A stretch of 63,179 nucleotides of DNA, the filler included, from Guillardia theta CCMP2712 (Eukaryota > Protista > Cryptophyta): assembly GCF_000315625.1 (NCBI RefSeq). It is 5 parts of 5 records of this genome, joined end to end, with 100 filler letters (N's around TTAATTAATTAA, not from the genome) between each part and the next. Parts side by side here need not be neighbours in the genome. Positions count along the whole stretch, not along the records: positions 1 to 26,633 come from NW_005434378.1; 4 more parts are not named here. One strand, given 5' to 3'. A program made the translations under genes and the position numbers. The notes beneath the pieces were generated by a model. That model was not told where the DNA came from. It did not search any database and saw nothing but the letters and a program-made list of their open reading frames with translations. Shown here one piece after another: positions 10,407-21,498 of this stretch. The first letter of the stretch is position 1. Each line of letters begins with the position of its first letter.

Positions 10407-12802
10407 CATTACGTTCGCTTATAGCTTTAGTTAATTCTCGATCCTGTCCTTCTGGTACTAATCATGGACACGGCTCTAATTGCAATTTGTACCAGTCCTT
10501 CCCCCCCTGATGGCGCCTGGGGGTCTTCAGCCCTTGCCTGGAGTAGACCCCACCCTCACTCTCCCATGGGAAAAGAGTAGGTCGGGTGGGCGACTTGGCT
10601 GGGGCAAGGGTAGGTTGTGAACCTTTTATTCCAAGTATTTGCATGCAGAAATTTGTATCGGCGGCGTGCTATTCTTAGATTCAAACTGTACTGCATGACG
10701 ACAATAAAATCAATTCTACACGCCTTCGTGGTACAAGAATAGTACCGAAAATCCTATCGACCCACCCATGCTTTTCTCTGTTGGATACAGGAGGCATAAC
10801 CCCTGGTCAGAGGCGTGTATTCAAAATTTGAACTTTAACGTAAGGTACCCACCCTTGCTCATGTGTCATAATTCCCTAAAACAGGAGGGTGGTCGATACG
10901 GCACTCAATCTTGGGATCAGGGGGTGGGTGGTAAGGAATCCCCAACCCATCCCTCCCTCTCGATGCATGATGAATGTTGCCCATCCAGCGACCATCAGGC
11001 TACTGAAAGATGCCAAGACCAACATGGTGACAAAGGTCAAACATGAGAATCAAAGATGGTGGGTTTGAGTGGTATGCATGCTCACTGTGCAACTCTGATA
11101 CTTTAGTGACAGATCCTGCTTCCCGGCGAGCAGTCATCGTGCATGGATCAGGATGCCCAAAGCTCTGCCCTTTTCAACGCTGCACTTGCACATATTACAT
11201 GTGGTGATGCACTCAGGTTGGCATTGCTACTCCACATACAGGTTGATGACAGACGTTATATTGTCTAGATTGTTTAGAACCCCAATTCCAGCTTGAACAA
11301 CATTGTTGAAGACGTGCAAACTGTTAGCGGCAATCTGTTTCTCAAAAACAGATCCCATCACGAATCACGGTGAGCTGAGATCAAGTGAAGATTGATCTTC
11401 TAATGTTTGTGTATCAGGTAAGCATCGTGCATCCACATGAACAAGCAACACAGCATTTTTTTCCTTGGCACCTTCCTTCCTAGCAGAACAATGAACACAT
11501 GTAAGATATTACATGCTCGTGACGATATCGACAGCAGACAAGTTTTACGACAAAAGAAAATTATGTAGGGATGATCTAAGTGTATCGAATACTTGCTGTT
11601 GGTGCTCAACATGTGGAGAAAAGACGATTTGAATGAATTCATGACAAATCATGACAGTGGATCACTTCTGAAGCAACGTATCTCAATGTTGCATACATAG
11701 CTTGACTTCATATCCTTACATCGTGAGAGTTGACAACCTGTATGGAGTGAGCTTTTCTGCGTCACATCATGCTGAGATCTGCATGCAACTTTCCAGCGCA
11801 GTTGCAGAGTCATGTGCACAGGAGTTCTCTTGCAAGTAAACTAATTCCAAATCATGCTTAATGAAATGCGTACCGTCTGTTGATGCCTTGACCGAGAACA
11901 ATCGTGTTACAGAGTATTGCTACTCGCTGCATGCGAAGCTGCTACTGTCTACAACACTCTAGAGTTCTGAACATCATATCAGTCCACAGCATGCAGGTTG
12001 CAAGGTTCCGAACGAACCGCGCTTCAAAGCAGGGCCATGAGCTTTGAATCATGCTTGATAGAACACGTACACTCAGCTCAGTTCATGCTTTCGTGACCCT
12101 AGTTGGATGTTCATACACCTTGCCAATGCCCGTGAAACATGTTGCCTCTCCCATTCAAATGTATACTGTAAATCTGAGGCACAAAATTTCTAACATCAAA
12201 TATCTTGAATTATGCAAAATCAAAATCCTTGATTACACTATGATGAGGCAAGAGCAGGATGCTCGTTGTCCCATCTTGTTTGTGAGGGCACGAGTGAAGG
12301 TTGAGCTGCTTTGACAAACAGCACTGGATATCTAGTGCAATACTTTACATCTCAAGCATTTGTTTATTGATAAAACATAACATTGTCGACTATGCGAATG
12401 AAAAATCATCACAGCAACACTTGGATGGTGCTTGATTCTGAACTTGCAAGATTAGATTACGATAATGATGATTGTATTCACAAAAGCAACACAACGACCG
12501 TGTTATCAAGATATCTCATCGACATTAACTTCGAATCTTGATGGTCTATCCTTCTTCGTCATTGATTAGCGTTGTGCATATCCCTGCACCATCGCGAGAG
12601 GGCTGAAGGGAGGGGGGAGGGGCTCGGGGGGTCTACCATCATAAAATGCTGGACTCTTAAAAGTATTGTAATTTGTACCATTAAAACAAATAAATTAGTA
12701 TTACAGGACCCACCCCTGTGCATTTCCCTCTTCAAACTCTACCACGCCTGTATCAGAGCCCCACAGGAAAAAGAACCCCAAAACCAACAAGCGAACGTAA
12801 TG
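10407..12802. mobile_element. Non-autonomous or decayed 2.4-kb TIR transposon (element 2)
   Basis: Perfect 14-bp TIR CATTACGTTCGCTT (10407-10420) / AAGCGAACGTAATG (12789-12802). 2-bp CG duplication (10405-10406 / 12803-12804) with the satellite in phase. No long ORF. Confidence 0.93.
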
Positions 12803-12950
12803 CGGGTCACGGCCCCTGTCAGCCGGCTGACACTTCATGTCACGGGCCTGCTGACACGGTCCGCTGACCGGTCACGGCCGCCCGGAGAGATCAGGCCCCC
12901 GGCCAATCTCCGGACACTTAGCCTCCTGGCGGGCCTCCAGGGGGTCTGAG
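12803..12950 (+). repeat. Partial 332-bp satellite unit
   Basis: Continues the unit interrupted by element 2. Confidence 0.95.
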
Positions 12951-13785
12951 AATGAAAGGGTTGGATTTTATAAAATCCAGAGTAATGATTTGTTCAGTGG
13001 GAATCGCAGTGTCCATCAATAGTATACAATTCAATGGTTTGCCTATACATTTAAGTACTTTATTCTTTTTCACACTTGAAGCACATGACAAGTGCATCGG
13101 TTGTTGCTACCAGTTGAACTCAAATAAACTATACCCGCGGAGCAAGCCGCCTTTATTGACCTTTAGTCAATCTCAAGCCCGCCTCACATAACAAACTTCC
13201 ACTGCCCTTAAACTACAACCCCAAACTACACCCGCGGAGCAAGCCGCCGAAGGCGGCAAGCTTTGGTTTACACGCTAGACTTGACTACAGTCAAACTCAA
13301 ACACGCCTCAAGTTTGAATATTTGAATTAGATAATCGATTTAATCTCAAAATGCTTAAGACAACCCAAGTCCGCCTCACTAAAACTTTACCCCAAAGTCC
13401 TTAAATTTAACCAAAATCCACCTAAAATAACAACCATATGGTTATTTTTCTATAATTTTGTATAATTTTCTAATTTAACCACAATCCGCTTAAAATAACC
13501 CAAATCTGGCTTAAATTTTAAAAGTCCTAATTATAAATTTCAACATTATGCACGATTTCAAAATTTTTAACCCACATTATGCCTTTTTGGACCCCCCAAA
13601 AAATGACAAGGACCAAGTGTCGTCTTCTCGGCGCTATCTGGCTGGCACGGCTGGCATGCGATCCGTCAGGAAGGCGGTCGGGGGCTTCTCAAGAGGATTT
13701 TTTCTGGCTCGGCCATACTGATCCGAGGCTGGAGAACAACCTTTGCATGAAGGCGGACTGATGAGGGCTCAAATTCAATCATCTG

Positions 13786-15279
13786 ATGAGAGTACGATCG
13801 TTTTTGGCATTACTTACGGTCGCATACATAATCCCAGCTTGCGATCTGTATCTTGGGTGGGACCTCAGATTGAATAGATTTCGACGTCTACAAAGCATCA
13901 AAGTCAGAAATTTTGTTGGCTCATGCGTCGCGCCCAACAAAAGCACGCTTATTGAAATCAATCACTGGTCGGATCAATTCCTTGCCCTTCAACATGTTTG
14001 CATCAGTGAGTCCGGAACCCGGAAAGTGCTTCACATGTTTGATTCCTTGGATCCAGTATGCAGCATTGCTGCTACCATGAAGATTGGCAAAGCAGCAGCG
14101 GACTTTTTTTCGCAATTCAAAAAAGCTTACGTGGCTTGGGATTCGGACATTTCATCTTTTTGCCCATCTTGTACACCATTTCTTGATGTTGTGATAGAAT
14201 TTCACGAGAATATCACCTTCGACGTATTCGTTAGGTCAATGGTGCAGACATCATATTCCCTGGTGAACGGTACATCGTTTCTAGCTGAACCCCACCATCC
14301 TGACAACAACTTTCACCTTCTGAACGATTTAGTCTTTCCTTTGTTGGATGATGCTATCAAAAGTGATTCAATGCATTTATCTCACAGAACACTCTTTCTT
14401 TTGCACGGGTCACGTAAGCGGTATATGAAACGAGCTTTGTGGTATGAAGTTTTACATCATTGGTTCACTATCGTATATCCGTTTGAACTTTCTCTGCGGC
14501 AAACAGGTGTCATATGCCTGGATAGATTGATATGGGCACAAAGCCGTTTCAATCAACCCTTTTACACGCTGGTTGGAGGGAGGTTCGGTAGATTGAATCG
14601 ATGGAGAGGAATTGTTTCAAATATCCGAAGAAAGATCCTCATTTCTTGGGGGATTCGTTGGTTGCAGGAATCGAATCAAGTGCACATGTTAAAGAACCCC
14701 AATTTGACTTGGGTAACACGACCTTGTGAAAAACACCGACCGAGATGTATGATCAATGAAGGTGATCTGATGTCTACGCTTGGCAATCATTTTTTTGTCA
14801 CTGAATTGTCTTTTAAATCTCAAAGTGATCGATCGAAACAGTTGTATAGATTGTTAGAGCAGCTGTCCTCGACACAGATTCTTGCGGGTGTACATGGGGC
14901 TGGATTGACCAATGCTGTTTTCCTGGAGAGGGGAAGTATCTTATTAGAGGTCAAGGAAGTTTCAGAACGACACAAAAAATTATTTTTGAACGTTGCAAAT
15001 CATGGAGATTTATCATATTACATATTTGATGCTGCTGTTTTTCACCTCAAAGGAGCAGGAATTTGGCTCGACAGAGCACGCATGCAGAGATTAGGGATGG
15101 ACTTGCACTCAATCTGGAAAACACATGTTCATTCCAGTCCTGGCAAGGTTGATTGCTTGTTTCCACAGTATCTGAATCGCGATTCGAGACTCAGTCTGAG
15201 TAACGAAAGTAGCTGTTATTTAGAATTAATACAGGGCAATTGGATACAATGCGCACATTACAGCCCTGATTGTCCCTAG
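13786..15279 (+). CDS. Glycosyltransferase family 61-like protein (EOGT/POMGNT2-type), intronless
   Basis: N-terminal hydrophobic signal/anchor; NNFHLLND and ILAGVHGAGLTNAVFL motifs typical of GT61/DUF563. Confidence 0.85.
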   Translation: MRVRSFLALLTVAYIIPACDLYLGWDLRLNRFRRLQSIKVRNFVGSCVAPNKSTLIEINHWSDQFLALQHVCISESGTRKVLHMFDSLDPVCSIAATMKIGKAAADFFSQFKKAYVAWDSDISSFCPSCTPFLDVVIEFHENITFDVFVRSMVQTSYSLVNGTSFLAEPHHPDNNFHLLNDLVFPLLDDAIKSDSMHLSHRTLFLLHGSRKRYMKRALWYEVLHHWFTIVYPFELSLRQTGVICLDRLIWAQSRFNQPFYTLVGGRFGRLNRWRGIVSNIRRKILISWGIRWLQESNQVHMLKNPNLTWVTRPCEKHRPRCMINEGDLMSTLGNHFFVTELSFKSQSDRSKQLYRLLEQLSSTQILAGVHGAGLTNAVFLERGSILLEVKEVSERHKKLFLNVANHGDLSYYIFDAAVFHLKGAGIWLDRARMQRLGMDLHSIWKTHVHSSPGKVDCLFPQYLNRDSRLSLSNESSCYLELIQGNWIQCAHYSPDCP

Positions 15280-15782
15280 CTTGGGCAAGAGGACAAGTCT
15301 TCCAGACGGATCGCAGCATCACACTGCTCATCCCGGTTTTGTTGCAGCTTGGAAGGCACTCTACTGCTAAAAATAAACTAAAAATAAAATTCCTCAATAA
15401 TGTATGGCATTGGGTTGAGAGCGTTTTGTAGGCAGTGTGTGGAGGATGAAATTCGTGTGAATGATTCTGTACTTTTGTATTCTTTTAATAGAATTTCAGG
15501 GGTTTTGATAAGAAAAGCCCTCCAGAAATGGAATCTTCCATCGAGATTTGAATCCTCTGTTACATGCTCGTAATTCTATGCTGAACTGCGCCCGAATTCA
15601 ATCAAGATACGGCCTAAGAAGTTTGACGTGCATTTAACCACCTTCAATCGCCCATCGATATAAAAACGAGGTCCTCAGGCTTGGGCTTTGTAAGTAAACT
15701 TGCTCGCAAAGACAAATCAACACACGATTCTGTCCTTAGAATCCCTCCCCTCCGTCGTCCTGACCCCCACCACCCCATCACC

Positions 15783-16380
15783 TCTCCAGTATCATTGAAT
15801 ACCTCTCCGCGACCCCTCGGCTCAATCGCCAACCTGGCATTTTGTCAGGAGGCTCATAACCTGTTTCCACGGAATTGATCGGAAATTCTCTCCAAAAAGT
15901 CCTGATTATGCCTCTTTGCTTTGGATCGGCCTGATTGACATCCTTTGGGCATATTCCGGGCCTCTCCGGCGAGCTCCAGGCCCGTGCGGGCCGTCCGGGC
16001 CCGTGGAAATAGGTTATGAGCCTCCCGACAAAATGCCAGTGTGGCGCTTGAGCCGAGGGGTCGCGGGGAGGTATAAAATGATATGGGAGAGAAGCCGGGA
16101 AGAAAAAACTTGCAACGTACTAGTTATACGTATAGGATTTTTTTCGAGGTCGAAACTCAACTGGAAATTGAGTTGAAAATCCAGGGTTTTTCTACCTATA
16201 CACCAGTTCATGTACTAATTGATCGGAAATCTCTCCAAAAAGTCCTGATTATGTCTCTTTGATTTGGATCGGCCTGATTGACATCCTTTGGGCATAATCC
16301 GGGCCTCTCCGGCGAGCTCCAGGCCCATTCCGGGCCGTCCGGGCCCGTGGAAACAGGTTATGAGCCTCCCGATAAAATGC
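15783..16380. repeat. Second repeat family: direct copies at 15873 and 16218 (345 bp apart) plus an inverted partial copy at about 15783-15872
   Basis: aattgatcggaaat...gagcctcccga.aaaatgc occurs twice; 15799-15872 is the near reverse complement of 16001-16074. Confidence 0.9.
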
Positions 16381-16849
16381 TATATATACTGAGGCGGGCC
16401 CGCAGGGCCCGCCTTACAAAAAACTCGTGACGTCGGGAGCCCCACTGCAAACATACCCCCAGATCCCCTCCCACCTTCCATCTAAGGTCATGGAGAGGCT
16501 CATTGGCCTCCATCTAGACTGATCTGATACCTCGCCTTGTGTCATCCGACTCATATATATACTGAGGCGGGCCCGCAGGGCCCGCCTTACAAAAAACTCG
16601 TGACGTCGGGAGCCCCACTGCAAACATACCCCCAGATCCCCTCCCACCTTCCATCTGAGGTCATGGAGAGGCTCATTGGCCTCCATCTAGACTGATCTGA
16701 TACCTCCTTGTGTCATCCGACTCATATATATACTGAGGCGGGCCCGCACGCCTTAGAAAAAACTCGTGACGTCAGGAGCCCCACTGCAAACATACCCCCA
16801 GATCCCCTCCCACCTTCCATCTGAGGTCATGGAGAGGCTCATTGGCCTC
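16381..16849 (+). repeat. Third satellite, about 172-bp unit, about 2.7 copies
   Basis: tatatatactgaggcgggcccgca...gtcatccgactca repeated near 16381, 16554 and 16725. Confidence 0.93.
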
Positions 16850-16856
16850 AATCCAG

Positions 16857-18202
16857 TGGGAGAAATGTCCTATGGGTTTTTGGATCTGCGATATAAAAAA
16901 GTCTTGTCTCGGTCACGTGATGTGTCACGTGACCGGTCAGGTGAGCCTGTCAGCCGGGTCACGGCCCCTGTCAGCCGGCTGACATGTCACGGGCCTGCTG
17001 ACACGGTCCGCTGACCGGTCACGGCCGCCCGGAGAGATCAGGCCCCCGGCCAATCTCCGGACTGACTTAGCCTCCTGGCGGGCCTCCAGGGGGTCTGAGG
17101 CGGGGCTGAAGGCTGCAGTCGGTCTACTGACGGGCCCGGCCGGCAGGATCGGTCGAGAAACAGGGGGGTCAAGGGAGGTTTTCTTCCCCCTGGGAGAAAT
17201 GTCCTATGGGTTTTTTGGCGGGCCTCCAGGGGGTCTGAGGCGGGGCTGAAGGCTGCAGTCGGTCTACTGACGGGCCCGGCCGGCAGGATCCGACCTTGTC
17301 AGCCTGCTGACATGGGAGGTTTTCTTCCCCCTGGGAGAAATGTCCTATGGGTTTTTGGATCTGCGATATAAAAAAGTCTTGTCTCGGTCACGTGATGTGT
17401 CACGTGGCCGGTCAGGTGAGCCTGTCAGCCGGGTCACGGCCCCTGTCAGCCGGCTGACATGTCACGGGCCTGCTGACACGGTCCGCTGACCGGTCACGGC
17501 CGCCCGGAGAGATCAGGCCCCCGGCCAATCTCCGGACACTTAGCCTCCTGGCGGGCCTCCAGGGGGTCTGAGGCGGGGCTGAAGGCTGCAGTCGGTCTAC
17601 TGACGGGCCCGGCCGGCAGGATCCGTCGAGAAACAGGGGGGTCAAGGGAGGTTTTCTTCCCCCTGGGAGAAATGTCCTATGGGTTTTTGGATCTGCGATA
17701 TAAAAAAGTCTTGTCTCGGTCACGTGATGCGTCACGTGACGTCAGTGAGCTGTCAGCGGGTCACGGCCCCTGTCAGCCGGCTGACATGTCACGGGCCTGC
17801 TGACACGGTCCGCTGACCGGTCACGGCCGCCCGGAGAGATCAGGCCCCCGGCCAATCTCGGGAGTCCGGACACTTAGCCTCCTGGCGGGCCTCCAGGGGG
17901 TCTGAGGCGGGGCTGAAGGCTGCAGTCGGTCTACTGACGGGCCCGGCCGGCAGGATCCGTCGAGAAACAGGGGGGTCAAGGGAGGTTTTCTTCCCCCTGG
18001 GAGACCGGTAGTATGGGTTTTTGGATCTGCGATATAAAAAAGTCTTGTCTCGGTCACGTGATGTGTCACGTGACCGGTCAGGTGAGCCTGTCAGCCGGGT
18101 CACGGCCCCTGTCAGCCGGCTGACATGTCACGGGCCTGCTGACACGGTCCGCTGACCGGTCACGGCCGCCCGGAGAGATCAGGCCCCCGGCCAATCTCCG
18201 GA
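16857..18202 (+). repeat. 332-bp satellite, about 4 copies with several small indels or rearrangements
   Basis: Same unit as 1-2444; more variant copies. Confidence 0.95.
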
Positions 18203-19331
18203 AATTATAAATCGATTTATAAAACAGATAAAAATTATGATTTATTCGCAAAAGTTGTCTCCTCACGTTTCATTACAATTAAGTGCATGCGTCGATTACT
18301 TGGCATTGTCTGAGGTGAAGCTTCCTCCTATCAGGTGCTTCAACACCCTCCTTTGGCTCTTGTGTGCCGATGCCAGCATTGTTACTTTGCCGCGCCTCCA
18401 TTGACGGTGTCAGGCTTGTCAAATTTGACTATGCCTTTCAAATGACCTGCTGCGGTTACAAGCAAAGAAGTGTGGCTCAAGTGCACAGATGCTTAGAGCC
18501 TCGGAATGCATCCCTGGAGAGGACAGCAACAGCTACAATAAGGACGACGTAGGAGAATCATGAAGAAGACAGCAAGAACTTAGGACTCGTGGATGGCAGC
18601 AGGAGATAAGCGAGTCAGCTTATATCAGTCCACGACAGGACAGCAGATGACACGGTGGCAGGATATGGCTACGCTCAAAGGGAGATTGGAAGTATCACCC
18701 CTGAAGTCATGGACATCGGAGAACAAGGGGTCTGATCAAAGAAGACCGTGGCAGTACTATCATGATCATCTTAGCGGAGGACTTACAAGGGCAACGCACG
18801 AGACCACCTCCAAGCTTGACTCTAGCGGAGACACAGGACCTGTCAAGGTCAAGGGAGCAGCTACATCAACTTCACAGAGAGCGTTGGATGGGAATCGAAG
18901 ACCTCGTCATGTCAAGCCTATGACTCTTTCTCAGGGAACCCTCAAGGTACGGAACCAGGCCTCGGACCGGTCGAAGAATCATATTGCAGTCGGTGCTATC
19001 ACTGTCTACTTCGGGTGTCATTGCCACTGTGTCACCGTCTGTGGAGAGAAGGTTACTGGGAACTTCAACAACCCCTCCTTTCTGTAGCCAAGAGACGCTA
19101 CCCCTGGCTCCTTCCTGGAAGCTATAAACCTTTCGTGTGTGTGCCACGATTGTTTGAGACGTCTTTGTGTGCGTCATCTTGTCTTGTGTGTGTGTGTGTG
19201 TGAAAGAAATAAAAGAGAGTTAGATCTCCTTCTGTTTCACCGCTTTCCCTCTTAGTAGAAAAATCCAACGTTAGTTCTTGTTGAACTGCGCTTGAAGGTC
19301 CTCTCGAAAATCTTCGAGGTGTGACACACGC

Positions 19332-20141
19332 ATGAATACCACATGGCGAAGCGTAACAAAAGATGGTGACATGGAGAACGATGAAGGTAAATGTACCAGT
19401 ATAAACACGATCATTGCCAATTACATCGGTATCTTGGAGAAAATTAAAGAAAGGAACCAGGCAACATTCAAGGTTCTCAATAAAGCGATCGAGTTCATTA
19501 TGGAGCTTGAAAATCGTCTTTATAGAAGACTAAACATCAAGGCGGCCAAGGAAGAGCCTAAAGTACTCACAGAAGCTCACGATAGATTGAAGCACAACAA
19601 GGTCAGGGCTTGTCTGACAACGGTGATACAGAATGAGCTTGAAAGCACAGACAACATCTTGCTTATCCCACTCGCTGAAATTTTCGACGGATTTGATGAG
19701 CGAAACCAGCTCGGAACCATCGTGAGTATCGTGGACGATGACGAGAGAACGGACAGACAAGAGCGCCGCTATAACCCAGACAACAACCCTATCACCAGCC
19801 GGTACACGTATATCCTTTCGAGAATCAAGAAGAAGTTTGTCCAACTTCGACGTGCGGCACGCAGTGTTATCGACAACATGTATCAGGTGAAGCATTATGG
19901 CATTGACGGCATAGTGATCAGGTCTTACCAAAGCTACCAGAAAAGCATCAAGCCGCACACCCCTCTGGCACCGGACGACATCCTTGCCACGAATGAGTAC
20001 GGACCCGCCACAGTATTGGTACAGCTTTGGAATTTCTACGATATGAAAGGCAACAACGCGGTAAAGGAATGGCTGTCCAAGTACATCACCGCAAGCATCC
20101 GTCATCACCCACGGGTTAAAGAACCTTTTTGTCCCCATTGA
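19332..20141 (+). CDS. Hypothetical protein (269 aa), possibly retroelement-associated
   Basis: ATG-initiated intronless ORF with protein-like composition; no motif recognised. Confidence 0.45.
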   Translation: MNTTWRSVTKDGDMENDEGKCTSINTIIANYIGILEKIKERNQATFKVLNKAIEFIMELENRLYRRLNIKAAKEEPKVLTEAHDRLKHNKVRACLTTVIQNELESTDNILLIPLAEIFDGFDERNQLGTIVSIVDDDERTDRQERRYNPDNNPITSRYTYILSRIKKKFVQLRRAARSVIDNMYQVKHYGIDGIVIRSYQSYQKSIKPHTPLAPDDILATNEYGPATVLVQLWNFYDMKGNNAVKEWLSKYITASIRHHPRVKEPFCPH

Positions 20142-20150
20142 GAAATACGA

Positions 20151-20726
20151 GTGGGATACAGGCGGTTTCCACAACTACCTGCTACGGTACAGTCCACGGT
20201 CGTTCTGTACACCAAAGAGCTTGTCATGCACACGTCACAGGCGCTGAGGCAGAAGGCCGTTCCAGATCAAGTGAACAAGACGCTGCTTTGTGTCTACATC
20301 TATTTGAAACATACAAAAGATCTACGTGCTGTACCACGACAAGATGTACATGAGCCCGCAGCAAGAGTTTTACCTGTCGTTCATACTGAAGAACTTCCTA
20401 CCCATATCCGGGTTCAGCCGTGTTGCGATACAGCAAATGCAATGAACATAATGAGGATCTTCGAGCACATGATTTGGTCGACGGTGAATGACAGGGAATT
20501 GGACCGTAACACCCGCCGGCTCGAGAAGTTGTTCCACTATCACGCGACGATCATGAGGCAAAGATTCTATGAGTACAGCGAGTACACCATCAACAACATA
20601 CCAAGCATCGTCCAACGTGACACTCTAACACAGGATAATGCCGATATTTGGAGCTGTGATGAACATGCACCCCCAACGTGCGAAAGAGCGCATCCCAGAA
20701 CTGGGATTTGGACTCTTATTAGTTGA
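20151..20726 (+). CDS. Hypothetical ORF (191 aa), possibly a continuation of 19332-20141 after a stop codon
   Basis: Same reading frame as the upstream ORF, starts 10 nt after its stop, non-ATG start. Confidence 0.3.
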   Translation: MGYRRFPQLPATVQSTVVLYTKELVMHTSQALRQKAVPDQVNKTLLCVYIYLKHTKDLRAVPRQDVHEPAARVLPVVHTEELPTHIRVQPCCDTANAMNIMRIFEHMIWSTVNDRELDRNTRRLEKLFHYHATIMRQRFYEYSEYTINNIPSIVQRDTLTQDNADIWSCDEHAPPTCERAHPRTGIWTLIS

Positions 20727-20776
20727 ACACCACGGAAGGTCAGTTGGAATGCAGATTCGTTGGCGACCCACGTGAC

Positions 20777-21045
20777 TAGCCATCTTGCGAGCCGTGGAGA
20801 CAGTTCTGGTTGGGTGCTGAGCCTCACCAAACTGTGGTGATCGGTTCTTACTTGGAAGCGCCTGCCTTAGAGGTAGTAGGCGAAATGTTTCAAACTCTCC
20901 TTGAGCGCCAATAGCTCGCGTTCATATGTAGAGTAGTTGCACTCTGCGGCAATTAGTTTCCCATAGAATGCAATCGGGTATTCAGTGCCGTCTTCATCGC
21001 GTTGATGCAAGGCCGCCCCCATTGCAAGGTCGGAAGCTGTCGTAG
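20777..21045 (-). pseudogene. Ty3/Gypsy pol RNase H relic
   Basis: Manual translation: TTASDLAMGAALHQRDEDGTEYPIAFYGKLIAAECNYSTYERELLALKESLKHFAYYL*GRRFQVRTDHHSLVRLSTQPELSPRLARWL. This is the Gypsy RNase H signature with one stop codon. Confidence 0.9.
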
Positions 21046-21498
21046 CGCTGCTTTAGCGACTGCAAGGCTTGTGAGGTTGTGTGTACAACAGTGCTGCGTG
21101 CCAAGGTCAGGAGAGACGTGCCGGTGACGCCATGTGTAAGAACATAGAACTCCCAATTGTACGGTATCAGTATTTCTAGGACAGATAGTCTAATACGACG
21201 CTCTCTCTTCATTTATCGTAGTAAATGTTTTGGATAGCACAAAATTACCAAGTTTTGCTCCATCGTGCGTGAAATTACGGTGCTGTGCAAGTGACAGGAA
21301 GCGAGCTTCAAGTCCTATCGAACAGCAGTAACCTGCCCCTCTGGTTAAGTTTTAGAAAGACCATACCTAAATGGTATAATGGGGTAAGTAACACAACGAA
21401 TGTGATATGAATGCCTTGGACTTGTGAACCTGACGAAATACAAGCATGTAAGAATATCTTCAGAGAACATCAAGCACAAAAATTTCATCAGCTTTCTA

